A DNA stretch of 64,000 nucleotides, taken from positions 1 to 64,000 of the IMG/VR virus record IMGVR_UViG_3300046002_008717. The stretch is one strand, 5' to 3'. The notes under the pieces are model-generated. The model was not told the origin of the DNA and ran no database searches. It saw nothing but the letters and a program-made list of their open reading frames with translations. Each line of letters begins with the position of its first letter. Positions within the stretch are counted from its first letter, which is position 1. This DNA comes from a virus. Positions 20,249-29,685 of the stretch are shown here, in pieces. The position numbers and the translations under genes are program-made.

Positions 20249-20407
20249 ATGAGAGATTTAAATGAAATCGAAAAAGAATTTATATGCAGACGGTGTTGTA
20301 TATTTTTAAATACTGTAGATTTAGAAGATAGTAAATGTCCAGCGTGTAAAACAGACGGAGACATTTTTCTAAACGATTTGATAGATGATAGCGACGAATA
20401 TATCTGA
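20249..20407 (+). CDS. Small zinc-ribbon protein (52 aa, not in ORF track)
   Basis: MRDLNEIEKEFICRRCCIFLNTVDLEDSKCPACKTDGDIFLNDLIDDSDEYI, with CxxC...CxxC, between gmd and the terminator. Confidence 0.65.
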   Translation: MRDLNEIEKEFICRRCCIFLNTVDLEDSKCPACKTDGDIFLNDLIDDSDEYI

Positions 20408-20424
20408 TACTAGCATATTAATCC

Positions 20425-20459
20425 AAAAAGTCATAACTTTTAGTTATGACTTTTTTTTT
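20425..20459 (+). terminator. Rho-independent terminator ending glycosylation cluster 1
   Basis: aaaaagtcataact-ttt-agttatgacttttttttt. Confidence 0.88.
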
Positions 20460-20467
20460 GATATATA
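20460..20467 (+). promoter_or_regulatory. Putative late promoter motif GATATATA
   Basis: Abuts the terminator, 17 nt before ATG 20485. Confidence 0.6.
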
Positions 20468-20484
20468 CAATAAAAATAAACATA

Positions 20485-21762
20485 ATGGGAAAAATATTAT
20501 CATTTGGTGATTATCAAAAAATATTCGAAGCAGATGAGGATACACAATCATCAAATGCAGCTGAACAATTAACTAATGCTTTCTATCAGGTATATACCGG
20601 TCTTATATCAGGTATAGATGGCGGATATAGTGGTGTAATAGATGATCTTAATACAATAAGCAATGAGAAAGATGTTACCAAAAAAGGTGATAGAATGTCA
20701 GAGGTAATTAATAATATGTTAAATAAAATAAATTCGACATATAAATCCCAAATTAGCAGTGATGTTAATAAATTTACCGATGCATTAAAGAAATCTTATA
20801 CAGATTTAAGCAATTCTGAAGATGGTAAAAAATCTCAAGAATCTATAAATGATAAAATATCAGGACTTATAACAGCATATGTTAAAAATCTAGTAGATAT
20901 AGTTAATAAAAATAAGCAAAATACCGATATAAAGGATACTAGCGTTAAAGAATCTCTTAATACGGAAGAACAAGATCATATATACGAATCACAATTATTC
21001 GAAAAAAATCTATTCAATGAAGAAAGAGGGGAATTAGTAAAAACTATAGATCCTAAGCTTGCTCAAGTTAAACAGATACAAGATAATTCTACAAGTCCAG
21101 CATTGAAGACTGCAGCAAGTACAGCATTTAATGATCTAACCAAAATAGAGGCTGAATTAAAAAGTGATGATACATGGACTACGAAAAACAGAAGAGAAAG
21201 AAGAGAAAGACTAGCAGAAATCCCTACTGAAATTGATGCTATCAATAAAAAAATGAATGATGCTAATATAAATTACGTAATTCAAAGTAATATAGATAAA
21301 AACATATCAAAAGGTATACAAGATCTTTTGGGTACTGTAAGTATTATAAATACCAAAGTAGCAGATCTTATCAAAAAACAATCAGAAGCAGAAGCTAAGA
21401 AAAAAGACGATGATACTAAGAAGGAAGACGGTAGTACTAAAGAAGGTGATTTTAAAGAAATAATTTCGGGAAATATAGATAAGGATAATCTTCGTAAGGT
21501 AGGAAAAAATAGGGACTCTATACAAAAATTTCAAAAAACTTTTAATACGTTATTTACAAATGAGCAAATAAAGGATGATGGACTATACGGTAAAAATACA
21601 GAATCTGCAGTATTAAAAACAGCAAAAATGATTAGCGGTTTAATGGGAGAAGACATTACCAAAGGTACAGAAGATGGTAAAAAACTTACACCTGAATTAC
21701 AAAAAGCCATTAGCAAATTTATAGCTAATAAGGACAAGATAAAAGAATTAATAATAAAATAA
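20485..21762 (+). CDS. Helical protein with C-terminal PG-binding-like motif; putative internal head protein
   Basis: N-terminus MGKILSFGDYQKIFE; C-terminal IQKFQ...KDDGLYGKNTESAV; start moved to 20485 because the track's start lies inside the terminator. Confidence 0.55.
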   Translation: MGKILSFGDYQKIFEADEDTQSSNAAEQLTNAFYQVYTGLISGIDGGYSGVIDDLNTISNEKDVTKKGDRMSEVINNMLNKINSTYKSQISSDVNKFTDALKKSYTDLSNSEDGKKSQESINDKISGLITAYVKNLVDIVNKNKQNTDIKDTSVKESLNTEEQDHIYESQLFEKNLFNEERGELVKTIDPKLAQVKQIQDNSTSPALKTAASTAFNDLTKIEAELKSDDTWTTKNRRERRERLAEIPTEIDAINKKMNDANINYVIQSNIDKNISKGIQDLLGTVSIINTKVADLIKKQSEAEAKKKDDDTKKEDGSTKEGDFKEIISGNIDKDNLRKVGKNRDSIQKFQKTFNTLFTNEQIKDDGLYGKNTESAVLKTAKMISGLMGEDITKGTEDGKKLTPELQKAISKFIANKDKIKELIIK

Positions 21763-21763
21763 A

Positions 21764-22408
21764 ATGATAAAAGATTTTCATAAATTTTCAATATCTGAGG
21801 ATGATGGCTATAAAGAAAATACAGTCATTAAAAAAAGGGATACCGGACAAAGCTCAAAAGATAGCTATTTTATTTTTTTAACAGAAACATTAAATTGTAT
21901 TGCTGAGATGGTAAATATAATATCTCAATACGATAACAACATTACCAAAAACATAAGCGAGCAAGAATATAATTTAGGTAAATCTTTAAAAAAAGATAAA
22001 AATTCTCATAAAAAATTATGGGATGAATTATTAAAAATAGGTTCAGTATTAATTTCTAAAAAACCAACAACCAATCCTGTAGATCAAATAGTAGATAAAT
22101 ATAAGGAATCTCTAAAAGAATTAGAGGATCAAGAAAAGAGCGGTAAATTAAGTCCAGAAAAAGCAATCGAAAATAAAAAAGCATTGCACGATGAAGCTAA
22201 TAAACACCTAAAAGACGGAAAAAGTGTATTTTATAAAAAAGCACCGAATGCTTTATTGCATTACAATGAAGCAATAATTACATTTGCAAAAGGTGCTTCT
22301 ATTGAAATCGATAATATGGAAAAAGAAAAAGAAGATAAAGATAATAAACATAATAGATTATCCGATGTTACTTTTGCCGTTTCTAATATACTAACTAAAA
22401 ATAAATAA
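21764..22408 (+). CDS. Hypothetical charged helical protein; putative internal head protein
   Basis: N-terminus MIKDFHKFSISE resembles the T4 capsid-targeting leader. Confidence 0.5.
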   Translation: MIKDFHKFSISEDDGYKENTVIKKRDTGQSSKDSYFIFLTETLNCIAEMVNIISQYDNNITKNISEQEYNLGKSLKKDKNSHKKLWDELLKIGSVLISKKPTTNPVDQIVDKYKESLKELEDQEKSGKLSPEKAIENKKALHDEANKHLKDGKSVFYKKAPNALLHYNEAIITFAKGASIEIDNMEKEKEDKDNKHNRLSDVTFAVSNILTKNK

Positions 22409-22409
22409 T

Positions 22410-23255
22410 ATGGATATAATATCAATAAATGAAGGATTTTTATCAGATGTTAAAGCATTTTTATCAGGAGAAGGTGAGAATAGTGGTAAAAAAGCATTAA
22501 GCAACGAAGAAGTACATTCAGAAAATTATATGTATTCCGCTGAATTATTGAGAGGATCCATAATTACACTAGCTAATAAATTAGATAATATATTGGCTGG
22601 TATCAATAGGGATGATAGAGATGCAGCAAAATCATCAATATCAGAAATAATTGGATTTTTAAACGAATCATTTAAGAAACTTCAGGAGATAATAGATAAT
22701 ACCAAAACCGGCTCGAATAAAGAAAAAAGAACAGTAATCGACGAGATATCAAATAAGATTAATATCTATAATAGGCCAGGTGGTATAATAGATAAATGGA
22801 AAAGCGAATACTTAACTGCAAATCACATTACGTCCTCATTTTTAGACAAGGGCAGATCATTAATGGAAGAAGCAAGATCTCTTATGAATGATGTTGAAAA
22901 TGTCAAAAAACTAGAGAATAGTATTAAGGACATGGATATGAGAAGCGTTATAAAAAGGGGGGCTGATAAATATAACGGAAAAAAAGAAGAAAAGGTCAGA
23001 AAATATGATCCTGACCAAGATCCAGAGATAGTAAAAAAATACAGAGAAAAATTACATAAATTATTAATAACGAATAATGAAACCGGTCCATATACATCAA
23101 AAGATGATGAGAGTACAAAAGCTGCACAAAATATACTGGGAAGTGTAACAGGGGAGGTTTATGGAAATAATGGAACCAGAAATTTCGATCAATATCAGGA
23201 TGATATAAACGTATTAATAAATAATCAGGAAAAAATTAATAAGCTATTAAAATAA
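22410..23255 (+). CDS. Hypothetical charged helical protein; putative internal head protein
   Basis: N-terminus MDIISINEGFL; same operon as the previous two. Confidence 0.45.
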   Translation: MDIISINEGFLSDVKAFLSGEGENSGKKALSNEEVHSENYMYSAELLRGSIITLANKLDNILAGINRDDRDAAKSSISEIIGFLNESFKKLQEIIDNTKTGSNKEKRTVIDEISNKINIYNRPGGIIDKWKSEYLTANHITSSFLDKGRSLMEEARSLMNDVENVKKLENSIKDMDMRSVIKRGADKYNGKKEEKVRKYDPDQDPEIVKKYREKLHKLLITNNETGPYTSKDDESTKAAQNILGSVTGEVYGNNGTRNFDQYQDDINVLINNQEKINKLLK

Positions 23256-23299
23256 AAAACGTTAAAGTTTTAAAAATATGAAACCATTTCTCATTTCAT

Positions 23300-23400
23300 A
23301 GCTAAGATAATTATCTAATGGGACCCGGCGATGAATACTATTACTATATAGTAATCTAAGAGGGTTTAATTTATATTCACTAGTTGAACCATAAACTTAT
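23300..23400. repeat. Intergenic 101-nt element, copy 1 (candidate structured ncRNA/leader)
   Basis: 99/101 identical to 61821-61921; contains palindromes agataattatct and attactatatagtaat. Confidence 0.9.
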
Positions 23401-23420
23401 GTTCAACACTAGACTAACAC

Positions 23421-23449
23421 GAAACAAAACCACATTTTTACAGTACTAT
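23421..23449 (+). promoter_or_regulatory. GAAAC-N18-TACTAT promoter for the uvsX/replication operon
   Basis: Matches the recurring bipartite motif; 26 nt upstream of the uvsX ATG. Confidence 0.6.
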
Positions 23450-23475
23450 TAAAGATATAATATAATAACTTTAAT

Positions 23476-24657
23476 ATGGCTAAATCAACAGTAAAAGAAA
23501 AAGTGTCAGGTACTTTTTCATTCCTTGCACTAGATAAGGAACTTTCTAAAATACCCGGATTCGAAACAGGATCAATATTAACAACAAATACATTTAGTGA
23601 AGTTACCGGATGGATCTCAACTGGTTCGTATCTTCTTAATGCACAGATATCTGGATCTCTATTTGGTGGTATACCTAATAATAGATCATTTGGTATAATG
23701 GGTGATCCCGGTACAGGTAAATCTTTCGTATGCCTTAATGTAGTTAGAGAAGCACAAAAGGATGATTACTATGTAATATATTGCGATACCGAAGGAGCTG
23801 TTGATAAAACGGGGGCACTTAAATTTGGTATTGATCCGGATAAAATGAGATACCAACCTATACAAACGGTTTCACAGTTTTTAACTTTCGTTACTAATCT
23901 ATTAGATCTAGTTAAAAAAGCTAGAGCCAGAGGTGAGGAACCAAAAATTTTGGTTGTAGTAGATTCATTAGGGATGCTAAGTACAGATAAGGAATTGGCA
24001 GATGCGATAAAAGGTCACAATGCTGCAGATATGGGGGCAAAAGCAAAAGAACTTAGAAAATTATTCAGAGTAATAACATTAGATTTAACTGCTGCTAGAA
24101 TTCCTTTATTGTGTACTAATCATACTTACTCAGGTGGAGGATTTATGCCAACTAAGGAAAGTTCAGGAGGAGATGGTCCTATTTTTGCTATGTCCGTAGT
24201 TTCTTTTCTATCTAAAGCACAGTTAAAAGACGGTGCAGGTACTAAAACAGGGATAGTAGTAACATCGACATTAAAGAAAAGTAGATTTACTATACCGGAG
24301 CAAATAAAATTTCATATATCATTTGCAAATGGTATGAATCCATATGTAGGTTTAGAAAATTATGTATCTTGGGAAACTTGCGGGATAGAAAGAGGTAAAT
24401 ACGAAGAAGTTAAAAATGCAGAGGGCAAGAAAGAACAAGTCTTTAAATCAAGCGCAACGTCTCAAAGATGGGGTATTAGACATTTAGGAAAAACCGTTGC
24501 ATCTACCCAATTATTTACTGCAGAAGTTTTTACTAAGGAAGTACTAGAAGCTTTAAATGAAAAAGCAATAAAACCTAAATTCAAATTCCCTGATTTAACT
24601 GATCATTCTGAACTTCTTGGTGTATTTGATGATGTTGAATTTGACGATGCCGAATAA
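23476..24657 (+). CDS. uvsX: UvsX/RecA-like recombinase
   Basis: WISTGSYLLNAQISGSLFGGIP, GDPGTGKS Walker A, YCDTEGA, VVVDSLGML, TNHTY. Confidence 0.92.
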   Translation: MAKSTVKEKVSGTFSFLALDKELSKIPGFETGSILTTNTFSEVTGWISTGSYLLNAQISGSLFGGIPNNRSFGIMGDPGTGKSFVCLNVVREAQKDDYYVIYCDTEGAVDKTGALKFGIDPDKMRYQPIQTVSQFLTFVTNLLDLVKKARARGEEPKILVVVDSLGMLSTDKELADAIKGHNAADMGAKAKELRKLFRVITLDLTAARIPLLCTNHTYSGGGFMPTKESSGGDGPIFAMSVVSFLSKAQLKDGAGTKTGIVVTSTLKKSRFTIPEQIKFHISFANGMNPYVGLENYVSWETCGIERGKYEEVKNAEGKKEQVFKSSATSQRWGIRHLGKTVASTQLFTAEVFTKEVLEALNEKAIKPKFKFPDLTDHSELLGVFDDVEFDDAE

Positions 24658-24925
24658 TACTAAATTTAAATATATTCTAGGTTTATGGAAAACCTTACCT
24701 GATTATCCATCAGGTGAGGATCTTCTATATGAAATTAAAACATATCTTATTAAAGAAAAAAAACCAGATGGTGATTTTTCAATTCAAACCATGAATTCCA
24801 TATTTGGATCGGGATGGAAAAATACGAAACATAATGAGATCATTGATGAGTTAATAAATAAAGGAGAAATAATAGAAACCAAAAAAAGTACAGCTGATAA
24901 GATATGGTACAAGATAAAGAAATAG
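24647..24925 (+). CDS. Hypothetical protein (possible winged helix)
   Basis: ATG at 24647 overlaps the uvsX end; IIDELINKGEIIE...WYKI resembles a wHTH wing. Confidence 0.55.
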   Translation: MPNNTKFKYILGLWKTLPDYPSGEDLLYEIKTYLIKEKKPDGDFSIQTMNSIFGSGWKNTKHNEIIDELINKGEIIETKKSTADKIWYKIKK

Positions 24926-25050
24926 AAAATGATCTTAGAAAAATACCAAACGATACAATATCAGAAAAACTTAGAGTATCGTTAGATGAAATGATGAGAA
25001 TTTATAAAGAGGAATTAGAAGAAGAATTAAAAACAGAAAATATAAAATAA
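24904..25050 (+). CDS. Small acidic protein (48 aa, not in ORF track)
   Basis: MVQDKEIENDLRKIPNDTISEKLRVSLDEMMRIYKEELEEELKTENIK fills the gap and is TAATG-coupled to the helicase. Confidence 0.55.
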   Translation: MVQDKEIENDLRKIPNDTISEKLRVSLDEMMRIYKEELEEELKTENIK

Positions 25051-26348
25051 TGGATTTAACCCACTCGGAAAATGTAATACTTAGGAATATACTAGATAAT
25101 CCTACATACCTAGATACATGTAAGAAAGATTTCTTTAAAAATGAATCGTTAGGATTAATGTTCGAATCAGCTAAAGATTTCTGGGCAAAATATCACCAAA
25201 TTCCTTCAGGTGAGCAGATGGTCGAATCATTTAAGTTAAAAGGAACTAATAATGTTGATAAGAATGAGATTATGTCTGTATATGAGATAGACATAAGTAA
25301 ATATGATGATAAATGGTTAAAGGAAACAACTGAATTCTTCGTTGAATATAAAAACTTAACTAAATCTGCTGTTGATGGATTAAAATATATCCAATCTACC
25401 CCAGTATCATCAGAAAATATCAAAACTGTTATAGATACGTTTAAAAATATAATAGTAGATAGAAACAATATCGACTTCACATTCGACGAAGGCTTGGATT
25501 TCTTTAATCCAGAAAGTCATAAACAATTAAGTTATAATACATTCTCTAGCGGATATCCATTCGTAGATACTGTACTCGGTGGTGGTTTTTCTTCTAAATC
25601 TCTGTATGTATTTATGGGTATGCCAAAAGTTGGTAAAACACTTTGGCTAGGTAATATAGCTGCACAAGCAGTTAAAGGTGGGCATAATGTTGCTGTATTA
25701 TCTATGGAGATGTCAGATAGAAAATACATAAAAAGACTTGGTGCTAATATATTAGGAATTCCGGTATCAGAGTATGGAGCTATAGCAGAAGATACAGAAG
25801 CTATGAAAAAGAAAATAGCATCTATTGCTTATGATAATCTAAAAATACCTGGACATTTGGAAATTAAAGAATTTCCTACTTCTCAAGCATCCGTAAATGA
25901 TATAGAAAGATATCTTAGAAAAATGGAAGAGATTAGGGGTGTTAAATTTAAGATAGTTATAGTAGATTATATTAATATTATGAAAAACTGGAGAAATCCA
26001 AATACCGAAAATACCTACATGAAAATTAAGCAAATTGCTGAAGATTTAAGAGGTATGGGTCAAATGAATAATTGGGCAGTAATTACTGCAACGCAAACAA
26101 AACAGAGTGAATTTGATTCGTCTGATCTTAGCATAAATTCAGCTGCTGAATCCTCTGGATTGGTAGCAACTGTAGATGGTTTATTTGGTATTATACAGGA
26201 TCCTATTATGTATATGGATAAAGAATACAAGCTAAAGATATTAGCAAATAGAGATGATGGTTATAAAAATGCATATCAAAAATTTGATGTTGATTATAGA
26301 TACATGAGAATAAGTGAAGATACTAATAGTCCAATGCACGTAGAATAA
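25050..26348 (+). CDS. gp41: Replicative DnaB-family helicase, T4 gp41-like
   Basis: SSGYPFVDTVLGGG, GMPKVGKT, LSMEMS, IKEFPT, IVDYINIM, IAEDLRG, TATQT. Confidence 0.92.
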   Translation: MDLTHSENVILRNILDNPTYLDTCKKDFFKNESLGLMFESAKDFWAKYHQIPSGEQMVESFKLKGTNNVDKNEIMSVYEIDISKYDDKWLKETTEFFVEYKNLTKSAVDGLKYIQSTPVSSENIKTVIDTFKNIIVDRNNIDFTFDEGLDFFNPESHKQLSYNTFSSGYPFVDTVLGGGFSSKSLYVFMGMPKVGKTLWLGNIAAQAVKGGHNVAVLSMEMSDRKYIKRLGANILGIPVSEYGAIAEDTEAMKKKIASIAYDNLKIPGHLEIKEFPTSQASVNDIERYLRKMEEIRGVKFKIVIVDYINIMKNWRNPNTENTYMKIKQIAEDLRGMGQMNNWAVITATQTKQSEFDSSDLSINSAAESSGLVATVDGLFGIIQDPIMYMDKEYKLKILANRDDGYKNAYQKFDVDYRYMRISEDTNSPMHVE

Positions 26349-26349
26349 A

Positions 26350-26856
26350 ATGAATATTATGATGATCAAAGAAAATACAGAAGAAAATACAGAAGAAAAT
26401 ATCGAGCCTATTGAAGTTCCTAAAAAACAATTGGGCGATAAGATATTTGGTGCACATAATAATCCTACGAAAGATAATGACTATAATGATAGTTTTGAAT
26501 TAGATCAAAATCATATTATGCTAGTAGAATCGTATGATGAAGAAGAATATATGCATCGGAAAAAACTCGAGGAAGTAGTGCACGAAGCTTTTCAAGGATC
26601 CAGATGGATACCACTTAATTATAAAAAGAAAATACCGAAGGATCTTATACCTCATTTATTTCAGGAAATACTAGAAAAATTGGAACTTACCGAATATTCA
26701 TTTTCTGAAAAATTCGTTTCTATATGTGATTATATACAAATACCATACGCTAAAGCTTATGAGATATCCCCCATAAAATATAAAGAAATGATTATAAATG
26801 AATTAGAAGTAAAATATAGCATACTTACTAAAAAAAAGATAAGAAGACTCTTTTAA
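26350..26856 (+). CDS. Hypothetical protein; C-terminus resembles T4 gp33 late-transcription coactivator
   Basis: FVSICDYIQIP...YKEMIINELE...IL...RLF; resemblance is by eye only. Confidence 0.4.
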   Translation: MNIMMIKENTEENTEENIEPIEVPKKQLGDKIFGAHNNPTKDNDYNDSFELDQNHIMLVESYDEEEYMHRKKLEEVVHEAFQGSRWIPLNYKKKIPKDLIPHLFQEILEKLELTEYSFSEKFVSICDYIQIPYAKAYEISPIKYKEMIINELEVKYSILTKKKIRRLF

Positions 26857-26862
26857 TTAATT

Positions 26863-27981
26863 ATGGAAAAACATATAGTTTTAGATAATCCGACAGTTAA
26901 TAGAGTTTGGTTTATAACTGATACCCATCTTGGTTTAAAGAATAATTCGGATGACTGGATAAAAATAATGCATGAATATTTTCATGGATGGTTTATACCA
27001 TTAGTCAGAGCAAATTATAAAAAGGGTGATATATTAATGCACTTAGGAGACGTATATGATTCCAGACAAAGTATAAATCTGAAAGTATTAAACTTAGGTA
27101 TAGAAGTTTTTGAAATACTATCAAGCATTTTCTCCGATGGTATTTATATAATAATAGGAAATCACGATATTTGGGGAAAGGCTACAAATGATATAAATTC
27201 ACTAAAATCTTTAAAGTGGATACCTAATGTAAATATAATAGAAGAGCCTTTAAGCATAAAATTTAATAATAAGAATTTTATGCTTATGCCTTGGAGAAAA
27301 AATACGGAAACCGAAGGAGAAACATTAGACAATACAACACCTCATGATATATTATGCTGCCATTGCGATATAAGAGGACTTAAGTTTAATAGATATAGCG
27401 ATGTAGAAAAAGGTCAGGATAAATCGATGTTTAAAAAATTTACAAAAGTATATTCTGGACATATTCATTATGCACAGAAGATTGATAACATCAGTATGCT
27501 GGGATCGCCATATCAGATAACTAGAGCAGATATGGATAATACTAAATCCATAACACTATTAAATCTATCCGATATGAAAGAAATAGTGTTTGTTAATGAT
27601 TTCTCACCCCGATATATAAAAATAGATTTCGAGGATATTCTAGAAGCAACACCAGCTCAATTAAACAATACGTTCAATAATAATTTTATTGATGTAATGA
27701 TAGATCCAGCTATAGCATTAAAGGCTCCGTTAAATATATTAACCGATTTATTAACTACCCAAAGATCATTAAGTTTCCATCCTCAAAATAAGAATGAGAT
27801 AGTTACACTATCGCAGAGAATGATGGATCCTGATAATAAACAATTTGATGTATTAGATTTCATAATGACCTATGTTAATAATTTAGATTATTCTGAAGAT
27901 GTAAAAATGAAAATAATAAAAAGCCTATCAAATTTACATAAAATAGTAATAGAACAGGATCAGGATAAAAAATTGATATGA
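26863..27981 (+). CDS. gp47: Mre11/SbcD-like recombination nuclease, T4 gp47-like
   Basis: DTHLG, LGDVYD, GNHD, SGHIH, GSPYQ. Confidence 0.92.
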   Translation: MEKHIVLDNPTVNRVWFITDTHLGLKNNSDDWIKIMHEYFHGWFIPLVRANYKKGDILMHLGDVYDSRQSINLKVLNLGIEVFEILSSIFSDGIYIIIGNHDIWGKATNDINSLKSLKWIPNVNIIEEPLSIKFNNKNFMLMPWRKNTETEGETLDNTTPHDILCCHCDIRGLKFNRYSDVEKGQDKSMFKKFTKVYSGHIHYAQKIDNISMLGSPYQITRADMDNTKSITLLNLSDMKEIVFVNDFSPRYIKIDFEDILEATPAQLNNTFNNNFIDVMIDPAIALKAPLNILTDLLTTQRSLSFHPQNKNEIVTLSQRMMDPDNKQFDVLDFIMTYVNNLDYSEDVKMKIIKSLSNLHKIVIEQDQDKKLI

Positions 27982-29642
27982 AGATAAACAATATAGAATG
28001 GAGAAATATAGCATCTTACGGAAATAAAAAACAATCTTTAGTTTTTCCTGATGATGCATCATTATTTCAATTAACCGGCGAAAATGGAGCAGGTAAATCA
28101 ACTATTGCAAATGCTATTAGTTTTGGATTATATGGAAAAATAGAGGGAAAAAAACTAGGGCAAATCCCAAATCGTATAAATGGACATGCTTGGGTTAAAA
28201 TTGAATTTGAAAATAATAATAAAGTAATAACAGTCGAAAGAGGATTAGAACCATCCATATTTGAAATAACTGTAAATAAAATACCATACGATCAAGCTGG
28301 ATGCAGAAATGTTCAAGAATACCTGTCAGAGGACTTAATAGGCATCCCATACTACGTATTTAATAATACTATATCATTATCAGTGAATGATTTTAAATCG
28401 TTCCTTAAAATGACTCCTACTGATAAAAGAGCTATCATAGATAAGATATTTGGTTTCAGCATACTTAATCAAATGAGAGAAATACTCAAAGGTGAAGTTA
28501 AAAAAATAAAAGAAAGTTTAGATATATTGGGTGGAAAATTATCATCTACCCGAGGAATGATTGGTAAATCATTAACAGAGATGGAAATACTACTGAGAGA
28601 CATAGAAAACGAAAGCAGTGTAAATACCATTAAATTAACGGGGGATCTTAATAATTTTAGAAAACTTAAAGATATACATTCCGATAAAATATCGGATTTC
28701 AAAAAAATAGAAAATGAAATTAAAGAACTTGTATTTTCGGCTAATCTAGATCTTATGGAAAAAAGAGGGATATTACAAGAACTTAATAGAAAAATGAAAG
28801 TATATGAATCTGATATCTGTCCAACATGTAATTCCGAGCTTACTGGTGAATTTCATGAACATATAAAAGATCAATTGATTATAGATAACAAATTTTCATC
28901 TGATGAATTAAATGAATTAGAAAAATCATTAACGTTGCTCAAGGAAAAAGAATCATTGATAGGTATTCAAAAAATAGAGATAACAGAAAAAGGAAATAAA
29001 ATAGAATTAAAAATAAGAGAAATCTTAAGAGAATTAGAGATTCTAAATTCTAATAAAAATAAAAGTCAAGTAGATTCATTAGAAAGAATCATTAGAAAAT
29101 TAGAGGACGATAAAATAGAAATCGATAGTGACGTATATAAAACAACTGAAAAAAATAGCTGGATAAAAACATTGGATGATGTACTTGGCGAAAAAGGAGT
29201 AAAACAAATGGCTATAAGAACCATATTGCCCTCTTTAAATTCAGAGATAAATGAATTGTTATTGGAGATGAATTTACCACATCAGGTAACATTTGATGAA
29301 GAATTTAAAGCTACTCTATATCACATGGGGATGGAAATTCCTATGGAAACTCTAAGCACGGGTGAAATGAAAAAAGCAGACTTTGTTGTTTTGATAGCTA
29401 TAATGAAATTAATGAAATTGAAATTTAGCTCGATTAATTTATTATTTCTAGATGAGTTATTTAGTTCAGTCGATCCTGGCGGTGTTTCTTCCATATTAAA
29501 TATACTTAAATCAAACTCAAGAAAAATGGGACTTAATGTATTTGTAATAAATCATGCCCCAATGACACATGAGATATTTGATTATAGAATAAACATTAAA
29601 AAAATAAATGGATTTTCTACCATGGAATTTGATGATATTTAA
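27978..29642 (+). CDS. gp46: Rad50/SbcC-like ATPase, T4 gp46-like
   Basis: GENGAGKST, coiled coil with CPTC zinc hook, LSTGE signature, LFLDE, VINH. Confidence 0.93.
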   Translation: MKINNIEWRNIASYGNKKQSLVFPDDASLFQLTGENGAGKSTIANAISFGLYGKIEGKKLGQIPNRINGHAWVKIEFENNNKVITVERGLEPSIFEITVNKIPYDQAGCRNVQEYLSEDLIGIPYYVFNNTISLSVNDFKSFLKMTPTDKRAIIDKIFGFSILNQMREILKGEVKKIKESLDILGGKLSSTRGMIGKSLTEMEILLRDIENESSVNTIKLTGDLNNFRKLKDIHSDKISDFKKIENEIKELVFSANLDLMEKRGILQELNRKMKVYESDICPTCNSELTGEFHEHIKDQLIIDNKFSSDELNELEKSLTLLKEKESLIGIQKIEITEKGNKIELKIREILRELEILNSNKNKSQVDSLERIIRKLEDDKIEIDSDVYKTTEKNSWIKTLDDVLGEKGVKQMAIRTILPSLNSEINELLLEMNLPHQVTFDEEFKATLYHMGMEIPMETLSTGEMKKADFVVLIAIMKLMKLKFSSINLLFLDELFSSVDPGGVSSILNILKSNSRKMGLNVFVINHAPMTHEIFDYRINIKKINGFSTMEFDDI

Positions 29643-29685
29643 TTAAAAATATTTAGAATATATAGATAAAAGGTATATTCTAAAG

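Noticed and set aside
23300-23400. Duplicated element as a tRNA, hammerhead, HDV-like ribozyme, fluoride riboswitch or IS end
   Set aside because: No cloverleaf or T-loop, no CUGANGA/GAAA core; CUAAUGGGAC and GGCGAUG resemble fragments only and lack their pairing partners; no transposase or target duplication
26369-26400. Short tandem repeat aagaaaatacag
   Set aside because: In-frame 12-nt low-complexity duplication (ENTE) in a disordered N-terminus
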